Part shown: positions 13,479-26,221 of the stretch, piece by piece
Position numbering within the stretch: position 1 is the first letter of the stretch
How the letters are laid out: each line of letters starts with the position of its first letter
From: Ramazzottius varieornatus
Taxonomy: Eukaryota > Animalia > Tardigrada
Length of the DNA stretch: 64,000 nt
Assembly: GCA_001949185.1 (NCBI GenBank)
Contig: BDGG01000009.1
Coordinates: 485,624 to 549,623, forward strand
Direction of reading: 5' to 3'
Notes under the pieces: generated by a model
Told to the model about the DNA's origin: nothing
The model's input: the letters and a program-made list of their open reading frames with translations, nothing else
Database searches by the model: none
Translations under genes and position numbers: made by a program

Positions 13479-13750
13479 GTCACGTGGGACTGTGGGTCGT
13501 TAAACACAGCGTTAGCCACGTGAACCGTAACGGGTATGCGGATGAAATGGGGCAGGACCGTAGAAAGAGAAAAGTAGGTGGGGTCACCAAATATCCCTGT
13601 TCGGTCAAGACCATTATGACGTCATATTCCATCAACTAGTTCGGCCGAGCTGGTTCCGGAATTCGCGATAGGGTAATTACGTAGTGCGCCATTATCGAGG
13701 ACTCCAGAACCGTCACGTATTTCGTGACGTATTATAGGTAGGTAACGTCA
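13479..13750. promoter_or_regulatory. Cluster of ACGT-core (CRE/E-box/UPRE-like) motifs between divergent MPI and KRTCAP2
   Basis: gtcacgtgg ~13480, gccacgtg ~13516, tgacgtca ~13617, gtcacgta ~13712, gtgacgt ~13724, taacgtca ~13743. Function not shown. Confidence 0.35.
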
Positions 13751-13763
13751 TAGCAGAGAGATG

Positions 13764-14024
13764 TATGGTGAGCCGGGCGATTCAAAAGTCCACAGTACTT
13801 TTACCGCGGGTGCATGCGCGGAGAAACTCNNNNNNNNNNNNNNNNNNNNNNNNNNNNNNNNNNNNNNNNNNNNNNNNNNGTTTCTCCGCGCATCCATGCG
13901 CGGATAAATAGGCTTTATCCGCGGGTGGATGCGCGAAAAACGTATTTCACCGCGCATGGAGTTTCTCCACGCATGCACCCACGGTAAAAGTACTGTGGAC
14001 TTTTGAATCGCCCGGGTCACCATA
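13764..14024. mobile_element. Foldback/MITE-like element with ~65-bp terminal inverted repeats, spanning the N gap (13830-13879)
   Basis: Left tatggtgagccgggcgattcaaaagtccacagtacttttaccgcgggtgcatgcgcggagaaactc is the reverse complement of the right end with ~3 mismatches; internal ccgcg/atgcgcgg sub-repeats. Confidence 0.8.
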
Positions 14025-14315
14025 CCAGGCTCACCATACCATATCATAGCAAGGTGACCTGCTGACGTGAACAACGAAATTTTCGGAAAAATAAATTTTT
14101 CCCAGGTCCCAGCCTCCCAGGAGGTTGTTCTGCTCCTCAGCGTCACGGTCTGCTAGCGTCCTCGCCATCAACGTTTGCAAGTCTTCCCGATTGGAGAACC
14201 TTGCTTTATCGCCGTTGGTGTCTCTTCCTCTCTCTGCTTGCTGTTCTTTCAAGGGCTCGAAGCAGCGGACTGAACCGCAGCACCACTTCATCGGGACATC
14301 TTTCCGCCGGTCGAC

Positions 14316-15314
14316 ATGGGTAAGTGGTCGAGCATTCATCTTACTATAACATCATGGTATGCTGTCGTTGTTTGCTTATCCCCGTATCTGTTGCAGGTGT
14401 CTCCTCGGCGACTTCAGGCTTGATCTCTGCAGCCATCAGTGTACTGATCATTGCCGTGATGCAGATATTCAAGGTACAGATTGCTGCCACACAACTGGGA
14501 ACTATCTTTGGTGGCTTCCTTGGATCTCAGCTGTTCGTTTTCCTTCTGACGGTGAGTAGTTCATACGTGTATTATGAGGATGGGCTTGATCTCGAGCAGA
14601 AGATGCAGCGGAATTCACCGAGGAAGACTCTGCAAAAGTCTGTATGTTGTAAACAGATTTCAACTTTGGTTACAGGCTGTTTCTAACCTCGAAGTTTCCA
14701 CATTCGGAGCTGGATTCCAAGCTCGAGTCTTTCCCGAAAGTAAGAGGCCCTTCCTGGCTCCGTTAAGGTCTTGTCCGAAAGTGTAATAAATATCTTGCTG
14801 CAGTTGCTTTCACGATGTTGACTGCCCTCTTCGTCTCTTCGACCGTTCATCGAGTCTGCATCACCACCTGGTAAGTGATCCCATGAATGGTGTGTGATAA
14901 AAAACGGACGGTCGGTCAGCTGAAGCGAACAAGACACTCCTCGGCTGCAGACCGAACTCGAGCAAAGAAACATTGCGGGCTCCTGTTCGGTTGCGAGCAG
15001 AAACTAGCTGATGAAGAGCTGGTGAGGCCATCTAAAGGATCTCCAGCGGACGCTGGATACGTCGCGCGGGTGGTCTTGATGTCGCTCGAGCAGAGACAGC
15101 TTTCGGGGTTTCTTAGTTTTGTGGGTGTCGAGCTTGGTGGTTTTTGACTTTCGTCGTTCCCGCTTTGAAGTGGTTGTTCGTGCGTGATTATGTGTGTTGG
15201 ATGGGTTGTAGTATCCTGTTCTCGCTGGGATCACTCTACTACTTGAACAGGATTTCAAACACCCTCTATGGATCAGCAACTCAAACCCAAGGCATCAAGA
15301 AAAAGAAATTCTGA
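14316..15314 (+). CDS. KRTCAP2: Keratinocyte-associated protein 2 (OST-A subunit KCP2), multi-exon
   Basis: ATGG|gtaagt first exon; TIFGGFLGSQLFVFLLTAVSNLE, FQARVFPE, HRVCITTC, ILFSLGSLYYLNRIS; ends GIKKKKF* (dilysine-type ER retrieval signal). Confidence 0.9.
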
Positions 15315-16683
15315 AATAGTTTGCATTTCACATGAGCGCCATCATTCAGCAGAACGATTTTTTTGCAGACATTCTCTCTGGCACATATCCTTCGCATGTC
15401 GTTTTTGTTTTAATCTTTACGGCGAAACCAATCACGAGCACACCCATAACCTGTGTCACATCGGGCTATGCTGTTCCTGCCGCGCACCCAAACCGGAAGG
15501 AAATTTATTTCTGAATGGATATGGGCGCGACGGTTAAATGCTGACTAGTTACATATAACCAGGTCGATGTCATGAAACTCCGTCATCCCGTCATTTACGA
15601 TCGCGCTTCAAAATTGTGACACATCTCGTGGCTATTACTGTCGACTCTGAGATTTTAATAGCTGTTTTTCCGGTCATCGCGCCAGATCCTGGCGGTGTTC
15701 GTGTTACCGACTCACCGGCAAGAGGGCTGTCCGAAGCGGCAGTCTGAAACTAACTTAAGGATTCCAAAGAGGTGATTCATTGGAACTGGTCTTCTGTCCC
15801 GGCGATCGGGCGTGTTAAACCTGAAGTTCGATCGACATCGAAGTACTAGAGTATATCTTCAGCGCCACGGTGAGGTCAGCCTTCTACCCTGGTTCTGTGT
15901 GTAAATTAATATTATTGACCTTCTCGACGGAAGTCCTTCGTGAGTATAATTTGACTTCCTCGGATATTCGACGCAGCTTTTCGTGGCTGCTTGTTAGTTC
16001 GTGCGGATTGACGACGATTTCCAGGCACGCGACGGCTAACCTGAAATCTGACCAGTAGGACTTCGGATAAAAAGTCGGTAGGGTTTTGCCTCTGCAGGCA
16101 GTTGATGAAGGACGAAGAGCTTAAGGACCTCGTCTTGCGGGTTTCTTGAATTTGGAGCGCCCTATGTCATTCCTGGCAGTCACAGTGTACGGTGTATGTG
16201 GCAGTCTTACAGCTCGAAGGTCCATGACGCGTGATCCGACTAGCGCGGAAGCCTTCTCGCTTCTTGGCTTTGCTCTTTCCGGTAAACTTACCCCCTTTCG
16301 GGAAAATCTGAATAATGCTTGATTGAAATCTTCGAGGGAAAAAAAATGCTTTTTCGAGGAGGATGAGATGATGGTTTGCGCATGTAATCATTCTATGTCT
16401 AGCTGTCGACAACAGGGGTCATCTGACGTCGTAGTGTGATTCGATACGATGAATCTTCCTGTGCGTGGTTTAGCCGGAAATTTCCGGCGGAACAAACGAG
16501 TATGAGTACGTTTGTAGAATCATGGGAAAAATTGTGATATCTGGATGGCACGACTCGTGGAAGCGGAAGTACGCCCTGGGTTTCCCAAGCGGAAGTGAGG
16601 TTTCTTCTTGTACTACTTGTTCTTAGTAAAGGGACAAATAACAGGGCGATGAACACACACACTTGATGTCTGGGCCAATACTC

Positions 16684-16883
16684 GGGAGCTCGGCAGTCGG
16701 CACACGAATTCGACCAGATCGCTTTCTCAAGCGGCGCAACCTCTCAGCCAATAACAGCGAAAGCGTGCGCCACTTGAGATGGTAGTGGCTGTCATTGTGA
16801 GTGGCGCACGCTTTCGGTCAGAATTAGTGAAAATTCGCGTCACTCGATATGATAATCTGGTCGATGTTGTTTGCCGAGCTCCC
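16684..16883. mobile_element. Full-length two-hairpin MITE copy (200 bp) with ACTC target duplication
   Basis: actc|gggagctcggc...gccgagctccc|actc. Confidence 0.85.
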
Positions 16884-18692
16884 ACTCAACATCACTTCTC
16901 AGTATTCGATCTTCCATTTGATGAATGCATCGTCAATGGGACTTGTCGAATTCACACAAGGAGCATTGTCGGTATCGTTAAGCGAAGCAATAAAACACCC
17001 TCGAATGGAAAGCGAGCTCTTGTCGGGATCGCGGAATGTACTGTCAGCGATCATCCGCCGCCTGTGTGGAAGCTGATTGCTGGATGACGTCGACCACATG
17101 GATCGATGCCCGTGACTCAGTCTCCTCTTTTGGGTGGAAGACTCTCGTCGAAAGTGCTCTGCTTGCGGGAACTGGTCTTTGTTCCCTTGGGCTTGTCCGG
17201 GATGCTCACTTGCAACAAATTAGCGAAAGACGTCGATCGCGAGGACTGACAGCAACTCGGAGTAGCTCTTTCGATTGTCGTCAGACACGCTGATGTCTCG
17301 TGGTACTTTTCCAAGAGTTCGACAAAGAGCTGGGAAGTTGGCTGACTTTCACTCTGTCAGGAAATGTCGGTGACCCTGGGAAAGGAAGGATCCGGAAGCT
17401 TTTAGCTTAGGCGTTCGTCATGAATAGCATAGGTGCTCTTGAAGGACTGATCCTAGTCAGGTCAGCAAACAGACCCATCACGAGGTCTCACATTAGCTAG
17501 TTACTTGGTTATCACATGAATGGTGATCGACCAAACGTAAATTACGGTAGTTTGATGTTCGTTAATTGGGAGTTCGGCGAACAGAATGTAGTACAAGACC
17601 GTTTTCCCAAGTGGAGCAGGCGCTCATTGATACTGGCTGGAAAAGTGCGCCAGCAAGATAATTGTCATTGATACGGTCCTCACACAGTCCAACTGCATAA
17701 CGTGGGTCCTCATTCCCCGCAGACGAGGAAGCTTAAGCTTCCATGGCGGAAATGGCTTTGTGATGACTGGAAATGGGCAAGTCTTCCGCTCTTTCCACAC
17801 AGATTCTCGCTTCCTGCGCACGTAAGGCAGCGGTGTTTCTGGATGAGTAAGCCATTTCTACAGCCTTGTATATTCTGACAGGTTGTTGTGCAATCGTGCA
17901 TTCCAAACGTCGATGAAGTTAGATAGGTTCACGATTGCAGCCAAGGCGGAGTCGTCTTCTTTGTTAGCGAGGGCGGGACGTGTGGGCTTGCTAATGAGCT
18001 TCCATGTTGGCGACCCTTTCAGTGCGACGACGTCATCTCGTACAAAAGCACCCTGGTATGTAGTATGGGTAAACCAACTCGACCAGATCGCTTTCCCGGA
18101 TGGCACACAGTGCCAGCCAAAAATACTGAGAACGTGCGCCACTTGGGAGAACAAAACTCGACAAGATCGTTTTCCCATGTGGCGCATGTTTACAGCGATA
18201 CGGATCGGAAGCGTACGCCACTTGAGAAAATAATCTGGTCGAGTTCGGTTACCGAGCTCCCAGCCTCCCATTGAGTACGAGTACTGAGTCGGCCTTCAGA
18301 AAGGCAAGAATATCCGATTCTTCATCGGCTGTCGTCGTAAAGAAGAGGAATACGAGGCATTCCAACAGTTAAAACGTCGTACGTATAAAGCTCGTTCGCA
18401 ACAGTGCGCCCAAAGTATCGGCAATGAAGCAGTTAGCCGTTATCGACTCCCATCATGCGGAATAGACCCCGACAGTTTTTGAATCATTGCTGTCTTGATG
18501 TGTTCTTGATTCGCAAGAGTAAATTGGCTGAGCTCCTCGATCGCGCGGCTGTGATTACAGAATTGACACTCGCGCACCATCATGTTTGTCGCAAGGCTCT
18601 TCGTGGCTTGGCGGAAGCCTCCTTAACATGCCGCTGTTATAACCGGGATTACTTTCGCATGGCTGACGTTTGACTGCTATTTTGTAGATTAA

Positions 18693-21600
18693 ATGGACGA
18701 GAATTCTTATACGTATTACGATTATAATGCTACCACCGTGCCTTATTTCGTACCGTACAATGCGGGACTGGTCAAAGGGAACAACTATACTTGGGAAGAC
18801 CTTCGGACACTGAGCGAAGCTTCCATCTTCAGTATCAGCGCTTATTCCGTACTGCTCTTTTTCGGTTTGATTGGCAATCTGGTCGTGTTCGCGACCTTGT
18901 TAAAAACTCGTTATCGAAAATCCTCCAGGGTCAACCGGTTGATCTTGCACTTGGCCGTGGCCGACTTGATTGTCTGCTGCTTCACCATCCCCATCGAGGT
19001 AACGCCCATAGCCCATCTGTAAAAAATATCTTCTAAATCTATATTTATCTATCATTCAAAATAACTTTGGCTTCACTCTTCAACACAAAATTTCCTGATA
19101 CCTAAATTCTTACGAACGTTCACGATTTTTCTAGGAATTTCTGTTTTTATCCTTCTGTTAGCTTGTTTTTGATCGACTAAGGCATCGTTGAACGAGTAGT
19201 TATTTTAAAACTTTTGGTCACAAGAATTATAATCGAAGTTCGTAATTCTAGCTGTCTTTATACTACGTAACGAGAAAGGGTGTGAGCATTTCTCCCATCT
19301 CAGATTTTATTGTTTTTGCCCAGATCGGATGGCGCGTGACGGTAACATGGGATGCGGGAGACTCGGCATGCCGGCTCTTACAGTTCTCGCGGACTTTCGG
19401 ATTGTACCTGTCTTCCAACACGATCATCTGCATTTCCATGGACCGTTACTTCGCCATCGTCCAGCCGCTGAAGCTAGCCGACGCCCGAAGAAGAGGCCGT
19501 GTCATGCTGGTGCTGGCATGGCTGACGGCAGCCATCAGTAGCATCCCGCAAGTAAGTCTTAATGATTATTGCCCGCGGGGTGTCGATATGTTTAATTTCC
19601 TGTGCGGATTTAAACCACATGACAAGGGGGTCGGGCGCTTTTTCGGGCGCTGCTTTGACCGACCAGATAAACTGACTTAGGACTTTTCTCCCTAAAGTCG
19701 GAAATTAACAGGGAAAAGCCAAACAGATCGTATGTCCTTTCCGTCATGTGGCTGTTGAAACAGCTGCCGAGCCTTTAGGGTGTTTCTGCAATTATCCCGA
19801 TCGGGACAAGTGTTACACTGTGCAAATATACTACATAGTAGTATACTCGTCACAACAACCGAAAGGTTTTCTCGGCAAATAAGCTCGACCAGATAAACAC
19901 TGAAAACACGCACCACTTGGCAGAGCGCGCTGGTCAAGTTTAGTAAGTGGCGCATGCTTCCAGTTGATAACACTGAAGACATGCGTCGGTTGAGTAAATT
20001 AACTGGTGAAGTTTGCTTGCCGACTTCCCCAATAAGGGTCAGAGACTAGCAATCGATCATTGTAAAAATTCGCTGTAACCGCCACAGCACGTAAACGGGA
20101 AATTTCCACCGGGTGGTTGAGGGACGATTTCCACCCGGCCACAGGGATGGTTTACGGATACTATGACGTAAGTGGCGGATGCAGCGAATTTGACAGTACT
20201 GAAAAAGTAAAGACTCCAATGAAAAATTGAAAGGTGACGCGAATGACCTCTTTTCGTCCACGCAGGCAGTCAATAGTTCTTGGGTGGTTAATTGGCCACA
20301 AATTTCCCCTTCTCACTCCAGTTAATCACGGGTTACTCTGATGGTTAGGTATTACTCGGACCATCGTATCATCGTCCTGGAAAGAAGAGCTTCTAAATAC
20401 CAACAGGGTGTTTTCGCTGCTCAGTCGCACGTGTTTGCCCTTTGCGGTAGATCGACCTCCGGTGGTTTCTCGAGGTCTCTACCGACGTCAGAGCTAGCTC
20501 AAAGTTTTTCGCCCTAATGAAGTGTACGTCACAATTGCGGCACTTTGGCGGCGGTAATCTCCTTCCACCCAACTTGACAAAGTAGCGGCACATCTTCGCG
20601 ACATGCCCTGCTTCGAGCCATTAAATCTCGCAAACTACTTCCGCCTCTTTTCCGACGAATGGCAAAAGGCGGATGACAAGCCTCAACGACCCAGTCCTTC
20701 TGTAAATCCTTGTCTCAGCCGTTGCTTGAAACTTTTGTCCCCGTCTCAACTGCGATCAAGTTTTACCACTTCGGCCTCCGCTTTTGTGTCCGGCGGGACG
20801 TTCAAAAGTTGGAAAAAAGCGCGGAGCTTTCAAACTGTCAATCAGAATCAGTGGAATTGACGAGTTCGAGACTTGTTCTGCATGGTGACATGAAATTCAG
20901 TGTCTTTAGACGTTGTACAAGGAGTAGATACATGCTTAGAAGTGGGAAAAAGATGGAGTCTGCTCAGGGTTTCCAGACGAATTGGTCCGTTGAAGAGAGT
21001 TTGGACTGATTGAATAGAAACGATGGCAAGCTGCTGATGATGTGCTGGAACAGTACCTCGTTTTCTGCTTTGGTGAGATGTATCCCACCATAGGAACTGG
21101 CGGATGAAGTTTATACTCTCATGTGGTCTTTTGGTTAATCGATATTCGATAAAGGTATCTTTTTGATCTTCTTTTACCAAAAGTACGTCAAAAGAAGTAT
21201 AGTTTTTCTTCGTTTTTGGAATCGATGGAAGTTAGATGAGTTGATCGAATCACTCGAATGGTTTCCTGGCGATATTACTGTATGCGACATACAGATTTTG
21301 TTTTTGAGAGACCTTCGGTCATGCTCGAAAGAAGGCAAAACAAGCTCGAGAGCGGATAAGCATCCGCGATACAATGCAGTACTTAGTCGGGAGGAATGCT
21401 ATGAATGCTGCCTGTAGTGAGTTGGTCGAGGTCTCTGTGGGGAGTAATCCTTGTTGCAAATGTTGGTTCTTGACATGAACGGGAGGAGCGTTGAGCACAC
21501 GTCTCAAGTTCTCATCAATATAATCTCTCAATGTGTACCGAAATGGATTCAGTAATGATAAGGCCCGTTTTGAATAGATAAGGGATCTGCCTCCATTACC

Positions 21601-24600
21601 CGCACGTCCCGGCTCTTTCATGCAAATGAGCAAACAAAGTTGAGGACGATTTGCATGGCTGATTCCGCTTGCTGAAGACATTTCCTCCGTTCGCTCCTTT
21701 TTTCCTGTGGTGAAACCCCAGCGGAAGTGTATCGTGTGGGTTTTCATAACATGCTTGACAAATGTAAATGTTTTCCCTGAGATTTCTATTCATCGACCTG
21801 AGGACTAGACACGCTCTTTCCACCTTGGCTTGAAAGAATATTTCCGTCACTGGGTTTGTTTTCGAGATTTGAACGACAGTCAGACCATCAAAGAGCACGG
21901 TGAACCCAACAAACTTACTGAAGAAAACAGAGAGTTGAAAATTAGAACGGGTTGAAACCAGATCGTTTTCCAAGTGGCGCACGCGCCCAGTTAGTGACAA
22001 CGAAATCATGCGCCACTTGGAAACTGGTTGCTTGATGTCTAAACAGGAGAGCGCTTACGAACTTTCACGACGTTTGACAGTCACAGACACCTTCCCCTCA
22101 TTCTGGAAGTGCTTTTACGAAAGATGAAAGAATAGTATGGATAATGAGGGACAGTGAAAGACTTTGTATAATGGCTCATAAGGTCGCCGTCAAAGGTTTG
22201 CTGACGCACAGCAATGCCTCAGCGCTTTATTGCCTGTCATTAACTCCCAGATTTCCTGTCATCGATGAAATGTATCCCTTTGCAGGCTATTATATTCCGC
22301 ACAACCTCGGGGGAGCTCGAGGAACTGCCGGGAATTATCATTACCGACTGCATATCCACCTGTAAGTGCACTGTCGCGAACGGGATCAAACAGTCGGCGG
22401 GCTGCTCGGAGAGAAAAGCCGACCGTACGATCCTTTTGTGTCGACTTCGGTGCTATGTATTCCGTCACGATATATAATCAAGCTGCTTTCCTCATTCAAT
22501 AGCTTTCTGGGAGAAGCCAATGCACGAAGCGGTGTACAATATCTGCTCCATTTGGATCATGTACGTCGTGCCCCTCGTCGTCACCGTCTCTGCCTACGCC
22601 CGCATCCTGTGGGAGATTTCCATCACAAGGAGATTGAAAGCTACGAGCCAGAATGCTCAAGCTCAAGGTAAAGTATTTTTTTGTCTTTCCCAAGGAAGAA
22701 AATAGGCTAAAGCAATGGCCAGACAGAATGCGGGTGACTTACGTAAACCTGCGTACTCAAGTGCCGCACAAGATACGCGGTCACTGTATGCAGGTGCGCG
22801 CGAGCAGAACCTGGGGTGGCTGGATACTTGAGCACCACAGCAGGTACATGGGTCGCTGTATGCAGGTGTGTGCATTTGGTTTACCGCAGTTTCCCCTCCT
22901 GCTGGCATGTGTGACTCATGATTGGAAAACATCAGTCTGGGTCATTAATAATTGAAGAACAAGTCTTTCCGTCACTTAATGGCGGGAAACCGTATCCGGT
23001 TCGTGAAAGTTTCCTTGGAGAAACTCCTGGGGGTTTTATGCATGCAACCATAACGGACAGAGTTGGCTCGTGATGGTTGCGCCCATCTGATTTGACGTCG
23101 AGAAGGCACAAGATAGGCGATTTAGTGGTGGCTTTGGTCGCGCATGGGCAACTAACCGTCATCGGAGAATTTGTTGAAAAATAACTTGAGAAATTTGGCA
23201 GTCGAGCCCACATGTCGATACAGAATCTGATGGAAGAAGAAACCACACAAACTGCCTTGCTTGACGGAATGCACACGACGCTTGACGAAGAAGGGTGAAA
23301 ATAACTCGTGTGCATCGCATCGAGTCAAACCTTGTTTTTCCCGTTAAGTATAACGACGACAGTTAGTCCAGTGTTATTCTGGGTGCAGAGCTACATGAGC
23401 AACGAACAAACCGCCAATCAATATTTCATAAGCTCTGCGTCAACCAAGCCCAGCATATCCGATCCGATTATTTTCGGTTGATTTCTGAACTCATGGATCA
23501 ATAAACTAAATAATAAAATATTCAGAGTAACATTCCGAATATTTTCTTCATTCATCTTCCGTTTGTATTTCCCAGCAATTTTTTCACGTTGCAACTGGGA
23601 AGTCAAACGATTCCACCCAGATCGTTCTTGTAAGTGGCGCACGCGTGCATGGCTGGAAACTGCGCCACGTGGAAAAGTGATCTTGTCGAGTGGCGCACGT
23701 TCATATTGTTGTCGGCTGTGAGCGCGCGCCACTTAGGAAGACGATCTGGATGGAATTCATTTGGTGACGTCGCGAGCATTCTGTGTCACCCAATCCGCGA
23801 TCCTATTACTTTTCTTATGTTCTTATTTCAGTTGATCTTTTCTCTTTAGGTGATCGTGAGCGTGAACCCAGCGCTTCAACAGCCTTCCTCTCCCCTGAAA
23901 ATCCCAGTTTAGGTAGCCCGTCAAGTGGTACTCGACGGACGTATGACCGGAGCGTCAGTAATCCCAATCACCTTAGCGTGCGAGTGCGTCATGGACAAGT
24001 CCTCATCCAACAAAACTTGGCCAATCGACAGAGCGACTTGTCCAAGATTGAGCGAGCTCGAAGTCGTACATTGAAGCTGACCCTACTGATCGTGGGGTCC
24101 TTCATCATCTGTTTCACGCCGTACGCTGTGGTGGTCTTCTGGTATCAGATTGACCAAGCCTCGGCTTCCCAGCTCGACCAAACCATCCAGGAATCCTTGT
24201 TCCTTTTCGCCGTGTCGAATAGCATCATTAACCCGTATCTGTACGGCATTTACTCGAAAAGTCTCCGGAAAGAAATGACGAATAACTGTCTATGGCGCGC
24301 TTTTCGTAACTGCCTGTCAAAAAACTGGCATGGCGGCAGCACATCTTCTCTCGACGACGGCGGCGGACAAGTGACCTTAGAAGTAGGCAAGCAGCGACCC
24401 AGGAACTCGCACTGCAACCCTCACATCATCGGGCTCCTTCCTGTAAGCTGAAGAAAACATAACAAAAATCCTAAAAAAGCTGGAAATATCAAATGCAAGC
24501 TAACGAAAATAATTATGTGAGCTCGGCACACAAACTCTACCAGATTGCTCTCCGAAGTAGCGCATATGTCCGTTGTTATTGACCGCAAGCGCGCGCCGTT

Positions 24601-25202
24601 TGGAAACGGTTTCATCAAGCGGCGCACTGTTTCAGTGATTTTACTACAAGTGTGCGCCACTGAATATATGATCGGATTTGTTCGTCAATTGCTCAATAAC
24701 AAATTCGAAGCACAAATATTAGTAATAATAATGAAGTCTATCACAATAGAAATATGGTCAAGTTCAGAAAGACGAAGACTGAATAAACGTATGTTGTTTG
24801 TAGTCAGCGGAAGTGACCCGTGTGACACACCGACACAACTACTACAAGTCCGTCAGCCAAAACAGCCATGTCGACCTAGTCCTCCTTACTGGCCGAAACC
24901 TGACCTTGCGATGCAACCGAACTCCGTCTAAGTTCCCTGAAGGAAGAAATGACTACGTGGTCGATCGCGACTGGGCCGGCTGCCGTCGCAAGCAGCCCCG
25001 ACCACCGCAGTCACCCGTGTCATCTCGCAAATCCCTAGTTTCCTGCTCGGACAAGTCACATTCCGATTGCTGCAACAGTATGGCCGTACCGAAGACTCAA
25101 CGAGGATCTGCTGCCGCCTGTCTCAACACTGATAAAAAAAATTATAAACGTCGCAATAAACGCTTTGCTGATGAACTTAACTCTGCCTCTTCATACGACT
25201 AG
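18693..25202 (+). CDS. Class A neuropeptide GPCR of the GnRH/AKH/ACP/corazonin receptor family, 6 exons
   Basis: GLIGNLVV, SRVNRLILHLAVADLIV, EIGWRVTVTW, FGLYLSS, ISMDRYFAIVQPL, IERARSRTLKLT, FIICFTPY, LFLFAVSNSIINPYLYG. Exons ~18693-18998, 19324-19551, 22286-22361, 22504-22667, 23850-24441, 24804-25202. Confidence 0.9.
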
Positions 25203-26221
25203 ATATCGAATTCTGTACAAACTCTGCTCTTGGAGATTACTGCAACTTTCAACTTGTCTTTCATATTCTCTTTGTGTCTCAACAACTACAGTTCTAATAG
25301 ATCCGAAGATGATACGCTTTATTGGTTTTCTTTATGAAATGGACCATTATTGCCTCGCACGAGTTCGTTCTTCAAGACATTCAGCGCATGCAAGAGTTCG
25401 GCCTCCCGTGAAGGACGGTCGTTTATGGACGCCCATATTCTTCTCGCTTGAGGGATGGTTAACTACAGGCTAGTGAAGAAATGTTTGTTGAGATGCCAAC
25501 CGAACAAAGGTTCTTGTGGCGTGCCTGGACGAAGATGGGTACTTGGCTATCATGCTGCTTCAGTGAAACGAACCCAGCCAAACGAGCGCATGATCCTCAA
25601 CAACTTCGTCCGCCAAACTCCTACGTCCTCGCCAACAAATTATCTGTGGACAGACCGGTGCTGCTCAAGTGAGCTTTCAACCTTAATTGATGTTTTTCTT
25701 ACTAGGCCACAGATGCCGATCCTCGGATTAGCCCTTGTAATTCGGCATACGAAACGAACAAGATTGTTTTCTCAAGTGGCGCACCTTTTTATTGCTGCTT
25801 GCTGATAGCGTGCGCCACTTCAGAAAAAATCTTGCACGTTTCGTTTGCGGCCTCCCTACTGCAACCGGAAGTTGACGAATCGAAAACTTTATCAAAGCGG
25901 CACATCACCCGACAAACAGAGCGTCAGTCAAGGGAACTGGTAAGAGCAACAAAGAATAATAAAATTAACAACACAATGGTAGATGCGTATGTCACACCAA
26001 AAGTTACCCGTATGCTGAATCACACAAGAACCTCCAAAGCCGAAAGAACTGCTTTTCCCCCAATCTGTCACACTCATTTCCAAAGCATAACACAAGAATA
26101 ACACGTGTAAAATTCTCCAGAAGCTAGACTAAGCCAGAGAGAGAGTAGCATACAATATAAATACAATGGCTATGCGTCTCAAAAGGCACACCAAGCACCC
26201 TATCAAATTATTTTCCACCAT

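Noticed and set aside
14995-15060. Hammerhead-like CTGATGA and GAAAC in the KRTCAP2 intron
   Set aside because: Could not build the three stems around the core; order and spacing do not fit.
15500-18690. Many short ORFs upstream of the GPCR
   Set aside because: No motifs or consistent splice chain; several ORFs are just translations of MITE copies (QVAH, WRT, RHL, CATW peptides).
20393-20593. CRYF...KCRNCDVH resembling a piggyBac C-terminal Cys-rich domain in the GPCR intron
   Set aside because: Zinc ligands incomplete; no DDD domain or TTAA-flanked TIRs recognised nearby.
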